Shown here in pieces: positions 15,926 to 20,000 of a stretch of 20,000 bases of DNA. The number at the start of each line of letters is the position of its first letter. Position 1 is the first letter of the stretch. Under the pieces are notes generated by a model. It saw only the letters and a program-made list of their open reading frames with translations, was not told where the DNA came from and did not search any database. Location: IMG/VR virus record IMGVR_UViG_3300040758_000220, one strand, 5' to 3'. The DNA is from an uncultured virus (IMG/VR IMGVR_UViG_3300040758_000220). Its lineage: Duplodnaviria; Heunggongvirae; Uroviricota; Caudoviricetes. Position numbers and translations under genes: made by a program.

Positions 15926-16494
15926 GGTAACCTCCGAAAGATCGTGGCCGACCGGAACCGATGATTGGTCGAGCGCCGCACGCCGATATCGGCCTCGCAC
16001 TTCCACTGATTCTTCCGGTACATGGGGAGGGTCATATCGAGCCAGACAAGATGCGTTCCCGGTCGGCAGCGCGCCAGAGCCTTCACCACGGCATTCCGCC
16101 TGACCATCGTTGTGCCATAATGGTCGGCGTCTTCGTTCGAGTAGGGCGGATCGGCCAGCACTATGTCATAGTGCTCCAGCGGAACCTTTGCGAGCGTTTG
16201 GCAATCGTCAACGAACGTAGGGCAAAGCTCCGGGAGAATATCCACCGTATCGCCGGGCCACGCTTCCAGGTCCACCATCCCACTGAAGACGTGCAGCGCG
16301 CGGTATTTGTCGGGGAACAACGCGCGCATCCGGCGCAGGTAACTATTTGGGTAGGCGCCGTGATAGCGGGTCTTGTTCTTATAGTCGTTTCCCACAACCC
16401 ACATCCCAACTACTCCACCGCCGTCCATAACAAATGTATTGCGAGGGAAGGGGAGCGTCGCAACAAGATTGTCGATTCGTTCCTGCCAGGTCAT
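15922..16494 (-). CDS. Small phage-type amino-methyltransferase (probable N6-adenine)
   Basis: Motif I-like LHVFSG precedes DTVDI and motif IV DIVLADPPY; ATG 16494 overlaps the endonuclease stop. Confidence 0.82.
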   Translation of the reverse strand: MTWQERIDNLVATLPFPRNTFVMDGGGVVGMWVVGNDYKNKTRYHGAYPNSYLRRMRALFPDKYRALHVFSGMVDLEAWPGDTVDILPELCPTFVDDCQTLAKVPLEHYDIVLADPPYSNEDADHYGTTMVRRNAVVKALARCRPGTHLVWLDMTLPMYRKNQWKCEADIGVRRSTNHRFRSATIFRRLP

Positions 16495-16985
16495 ACCCAT
16501 TGATTACGTCCCAACAAGCTTTTCCGCGATAACGCGGCGGTTGCTCGGCGCCAAGTGTGCCGCGCCCGGATTCCGCAAATTGTGCCTAATGAAACACGAT
16601 AGCGAGCAGCAAGAACGTCTCGGCGATCTGTGGACAAAAAAATGTCCTGGACCGCCGCCACATCGAGCCGCGCATGACCGGCGGATTCTCCGAATGCTAT
16701 TGTATCGTTCGAGGCAGCGTCCGAGACGTTCTCTCCGTGCAGAATACACAAGACGTTCTCTGGCGCGTACGGTCCGGCGTCTCCCCGTCGCGCCATGCAA
16801 TACTTACCTTTCGAGCAACCGCGCCTTGCCAGCCAATCCGGTCCAAGCGCGGCGACCCACCACGCCACCCACTCATCATACGAAAACGTGAATAGGATGC
16901 CGCGCCGCGCCGCATTGGCTTTATGTTCGCCGTATTTACGCTTAGCCACGCGGACCATGTTGTCGATGCGGTCTTGCCAGTTCAT
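16491..16985 (-). CDS. HNH/His-Me-like homing endonuclease with C-terminal DNA-binding HTH
   Basis: KANAARRGILFTFSYDEW...KYCMARRGDAGPYAPENV...EN core and GE..GHARL...LAARYRVS..TI..IR...TW tail typical of phage free-standing endonucleases. Confidence 0.8.
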   Translation of the reverse strand: MNWQDRIDNMVRVAKRKYGEHKANAARRGILFTFSYDEWVAWWVAALGPDWLARRGCSKGKYCMARRGDAGPYAPENVLCILHGENVSDAASNDTIAFGESAGHARLDVAAVQDIFLSTDRRDVLAARYRVSLGTICGIRARHTWRRATAALSRKSLLGRNQWV

Positions 16986-17224
16986 GGCTTCTCATCCAAC
17001 GCCAGCGACATCCCGCGCCACGACTCCTCGCTGAACGCCGGCAGCGGCGGACGTTCGGCAAACGTCGGCGCGCGATACCGGCCGCAGCGCTTCAACGGAC
17101 GCAACCGATCGGCCGTGCGCAGCGCATCGAGCGTCACCAGCGCCACGTCCAGGCTGGCACGCAATTGCTCGACCACGCGCTCCTGGTCGGTGATTGCGGC
17201 GGTGAGGGCGTCGCCTTGGGTCAC
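16982..17224 (-). CDS. Hypothetical protein (coiled-coil N-terminus)
   Basis: GTG 17224 overlaps the SLOG stop; its stop overlaps the endonuclease ATG. Confidence 0.6.
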   Translation of the reverse strand: MTQGDALTAAITDQERVVEQLRASLDVALVTLDALRTADRLRPLKRCGRYRAPTFAERPPLPAFSEESWRGMSLALDEKP

Positions 17225-17589
17225 CGCAAATCCCAAACCACCACGCCAGCCGCCTTTGCCAGCTCGACCATCCCGTTCGTGCCGCTCCCGCCGGGAAACG
17301 CCACACACCCATCCGGCACCCAGTCCTTGAGCATCCGCTGGTTGCGCAACGGCCCAGCCGCGTTGCTCTCGCTCGCCCAACGCGCCGGCACGCCAATGTA
17401 GGGCACCTCGCGCGCGATGGCCCATTCTTCCGCCCAACGGTCGGCGCCCGTCAGCAGCTTTGATTTCTTGTCGCAGCAGGCGCCGTGGATCAGCAATGTG
17501 ATCGGCTTTCGGGCGTGCGCCAGGTCGAGCACTTCGAAGACGCGGCGGCGGTCGGTGTAGGCGCGGCCTCCGGTTACGACTAGCTTCAC
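17221..17589 (-). CDS. YspA/DUF2493 SLOG-family protein
   Basis: LVVTGGR, LIHGA...GADRWA, AGPLRNQRML, VAFPGGSGTNGM motifs. Confidence 0.92.
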   Translation of the reverse strand: MKLVVTGGRAYTDRRRVFEVLDLAHARKPITLLIHGACCDKKSKLLTGADRWAEEWAIAREVPYIGVPARWASESNAAGPLRNQRMLKDWVPDGCVAFPGGSGTNGMVELAKAAGVVVWDLR

Positions 17590-17933
17590 CCCATCAACTC
17601 CCCCGGCGCTTCGCCGGGCCGCACCCCACCCCGAACAACAACCAAAGCCCGGTCAACCAGTTCCGACACCTGCGCCTCCTTCATCTTCAAAAACGCCGGC
17701 ACATGCGCCAAATCGGCCACGATAATCAACACCGGAAACGCATCCTGGCCCGGTGAAATGTCATCTCCGTCGATCTCATAGCTGCCGCTTTCCTCGATCG
17801 GGACCATCAGCGGCGCTTGGCCGCGCACCAGCATAACAAAGCGGCAGCCGTCCGGCAGGACCGCATGCGCAACCTGCTTTTCGCGTTCGATGACATAGAC
17901 ATTTGCGCGGTGTAGTTTGTTGGGCAGGGTCAT
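17586..17933 (-). CDS. Hypothetical protein
   Basis: 115 aa, AGGAGAAGG RBS, stop overlaps the SLOG start. Confidence 0.7.
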   Translation of the reverse strand: MTLPNKLHRANVYVIEREKQVAHAVLPDGCRFVMLVRGQAPLMVPIEESGSYEIDGDDISPGQDAFPVLIIVADLAHVPAFLKMKEAQVSELVDRALVVVRGGVRPGEAPGELMG

Positions 17934-17965
17934 CGCACCTTCTCCTGAAGGCGATTATCCGGGAC

Positions 17966-17994
17966 TTGACGAATGGCTCCGGACGTGCCATATT
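17966..17994 (+). promoter_or_regulatory. Putative transposase promoter with -35 inside IRL
   Basis: TTGACG, 17-nt spacer, CATATT. Confidence 0.55.
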
Positions 17995-18007
17995 CCTGTC
18001 GTCAGGC

Positions 18008-18928
18008 ATGAAGGCACCCCCGATGGGCCAGATCAAGTTCACCAAGCAGATGACCGTCCCCGAGTTCGATGCTCTGTTCCCGGACGATGATGCCTGCAAG
18101 GCTTACCTCCGGGATCGCCGGTGGCCCGATGGCGCCATCAAGTGCCCGCGCTGCGGATCGGCTGAGCGGGTGTTCGCCCTCAAGACGATGCCCTTCAAGT
18201 GGGAATGCATGGCGTGCGGCAAGAGTACATCCTACCGCTTCTCCGTCACTGCTGGTACCGTATTCGAGAACACCAACGTCCACATGCTGGCGTGGTTCAA
18301 GGTCATCTATCTCATGCTGACCAGCAAGAAAGGCATGAGCGCCCTGCAAATCCATCGGATGATGGGTTTCGGCTCCTACTCGACCGCGCATTACATGTGC
18401 CATCGCGTCCGGGCCGCGCTGATCGATCCTGACTTCCGCAAGTTGATGGGGATCGTAGAAGTTGATGAAACTTACGTTGGCGGAAAGAACAAGAACCGTC
18501 ATCGGGACAAGCGCACCCCCGGCACCGGCGGGTCCGGCAAGGAAATCGTGATCGGCGCCGTCGAGCGGCAGGGGTCGGTTGTCGCGCGCGTGCTGCGCGA
18601 GGCCAACATGCAGACGATGGGCCATTTCGTCCGTGCGGCTGTATCCGACAAGGTCAGTCTGGTCGCTACCGATGAACACAGCGGATACCTCGGACTGGCA
18701 CCCGACTACATCCACGAGTCGGTGCGCCACGGCCAGGGCGAATATGTGCGCGGGGTGGTTCATACTCAGACCATTGACAGCTTCTGGTCCCTCTTGAAGC
18801 GCGGCATCATGGGTAGCTTCCACCATGTCAGCGCCAAGTACCTGCCGTTCTATGTGGCCGAATTTGAGTGGCGTTACAACAACCGGAAGAACCCCGACAT
18901 CTTCGGGGAGGCCGTAGGAAGATGCTGA
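18008..18928 (+). CDS. tnp: IS1595-family (ISXO2-like domain) transposase
   Basis: CPRC...CMAC zinc ribbon, FSVTAGTVFE, VEVDETYVGG, TDE, HTQTIDSFWSLLKRG, EFEWRYN; start could be 18008 or 18023. Confidence 0.96.
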   Translation: MKAPPMGQIKFTKQMTVPEFDALFPDDDACKAYLRDRRWPDGAIKCPRCGSAERVFALKTMPFKWECMACGKSTSYRFSVTAGTVFENTNVHMLAWFKVIYLMLTSKKGMSALQIHRMMGFGSYSTAHYMCHRVRAALIDPDFRKLMGIVEVDETYVGGKNKNRHRDKRTPGTGGSGKEIVIGAVERQGSVVARVLREANMQTMGHFVRAAVSDKVSLVATDEHSGYLGLAPDYIHESVRHGQGEYVRGVVHTQTIDSFWSLLKRGIMGSFHHVSAKYLPFYVAEFEWRYNNRKNPDIFGEAVGRC

Positions 18929-19090
18929 GACGGGCAGACTGGCGGCCGGTCCAGCCAGGGCCAGTGCCGCCAGCGAACGACAATCGGCCGAGGCAGTTAG
19001 AGTTGCCATTCGTCTAGCTTCTGCTGGCGGAAGTAGCAGATTACTCGCCATGCGCAGTAGCCACACCATGCCAACAAGGCCAGCGCAGAT

Positions 19091-19660
19091 ATGAACATGA
19101 TCGACCACGCCGCCAGCATCCCAAGCCTCAGCGAGAGATTGACGGTACCGTTATCGAAGGAGATAGCCGAACCGCTGTTATTCTGGGGCGAGCTTGGCCT
19201 TGTTGTGTTCGGGCTAGCGGTCGCTGTCGGGATTATTGGGGAACACGTTTCAGAAAAACGCCACGACAAGTGGTTACCGGCCCACCTCCGACCGCACGGA
19301 TGGAATTGGCCGTTCATCTGGCTTGCGGTCGTTGTCATAGGCGTAGGATTGGAATTCGTGTGCGACGCCGCTATCTGGGAGTCGTCTGCTTCTCTCCAAG
19401 CGACCGCGGATCGCGAGACGGCCGCGCTCACGGAGAAAGCCAAACAACTAGAAAGCGACGCCGAGACCGCCAAGAAACAAACGGCCCAACTCCAACAAGA
19501 CAACCTCGTTCTGCAAAAGCAAGTTGCTGACGCCCAGAAGGCCGCAGCAGATGCCCAGGCCGAAGCCGCACGGGCGAAGGCCCTAGCAATCATCGGAGGC
19601 ACTGGCGGACTTCGCAACAGCCTGGGGGGCGGTCCACTCGGCGGCGGCGGCCTTCCATGA
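19091..19660 (+). CDS. Passenger two-TM protein with coiled coil and Gly-rich tail
   Basis: Two hydrophobic helices ending VGIIGE and IGVGLE, then a long A/Q/K-rich coiled coil. Confidence 0.7.
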   Translation: MNMIDHAASIPSLSERLTVPLSKEIAEPLLFWGELGLVVFGLAVAVGIIGEHVSEKRHDKWLPAHLRPHGWNWPFIWLAVVVIGVGLEFVCDAAIWESSASLQATADRETAALTEKAKQLESDAETAKKQTAQLQQDNLVLQKQVADAQKAAADAQAEAARAKALAIIGGTGGLRNSLGGGPLGGGGLP

Positions 19661-19686
19661 TTCTGTTCGCGAGAAGAGAGGGCAGC

Positions 19687-19893
19687 ATGACCACTGAGGT
19701 AATCGAAACCAAGCGCCGCCCGCCGATCTGGTCCGTGAAGGTCGGGAACCGATACAAGGCTGACTTCTCCGGCAATGGTGCCAGGGAGAAGGCCGAGGCG
19801 TTCGCTCGGGAGAACTTCGGCACATTCACGGTCAGGGAGAAGCCGGCGCTGGCGCATCCGCGATATGTGCCCGAACCAGCTTCCCCGAAGTGA
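19687..19893 (+). CDS. Small hypothetical passenger protein
   Basis: GAGGG RBS before ATG 19687; 68 aa; ends inside the element before IRR. Confidence 0.6.
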   Translation: MTTEVIETKRRPPIWSVKVGNRYKADFSGNGAREKAEAFARENFGTFTVREKPALAHPRYVPEPASPK

Positions 19894-20000
19894 CGCGCCG
19901 GCCTGTCGAGAAAGGGACTTGCACCCCCCGCGGCTATTCGTCAAGTTCCGCATATTCGCCGTCTGATGATCCGGAACACTTCGTCGACATCCATAGGGCC

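Larger units (their letters stand above)
17950..19960 (+). mobile_element. Second IS1595-family element with passengers (ISNwi1-like ends), 2011 bp
   Basis: IRL GGCGATTATCCGGGACTTGACGAAT (17950-17974) versus IRR reverse complement GGCGAATATGCGGAACTTGACGAAT (19936-19960), 22/25 identical; transposase next to IRL; no flanking duplication. Confidence 0.88.

Noticed and set aside
15219..16985. Restriction-modification system (two MTases plus a nuclease)
   Set aside because: The nuclease has homing-endonuclease architecture, one MTase is truncated, and orphan MTases are common in phages.
18002..19108. 368-aa ORF antisense to the second transposase
   Set aside because: Shadow frame of a GC-rich gene, with no recognisable motifs.

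Overview
GC-rich, probably alphaproteobacterial prophage or phage-like element, interrupted by two passenger-carrying IS1595-family transposons. The backbone has small phage genes, a serine recombinase plus a paralogue lacking the catalytic domain, a PD-(D/E)xK nuclease / prim-pol / P4-D5 helicase replication module followed by a palindromic origin-like region, a truncated ardC, a ParB-like gene, and a leftward SLOG / HNH-like endonuclease / two-methyltransferase operon. Transposon 1 (1783-7242) has perfect 25-bp terminal inverted repeats and an 8-bp target duplication CTGGATTG, and splits a phage gene. Its most striking cargo is an intact 94-nt tRNA gene (6368-6461, minus strand) with a serine-type body but a glycine anticodon ACC. 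The tRNA lies directly upstream of a winged-helix-like gene, followed by a HipA-like kinase and partner gene. This is a candidate transposon-borne Gly-to-Ser miscoding or tRNA-linked toxin/defence module. Transposon 2 (17950-19960) has imperfect inverted repeats and no target duplication. All family assignments come from motif recognition by eye; no searches were run.
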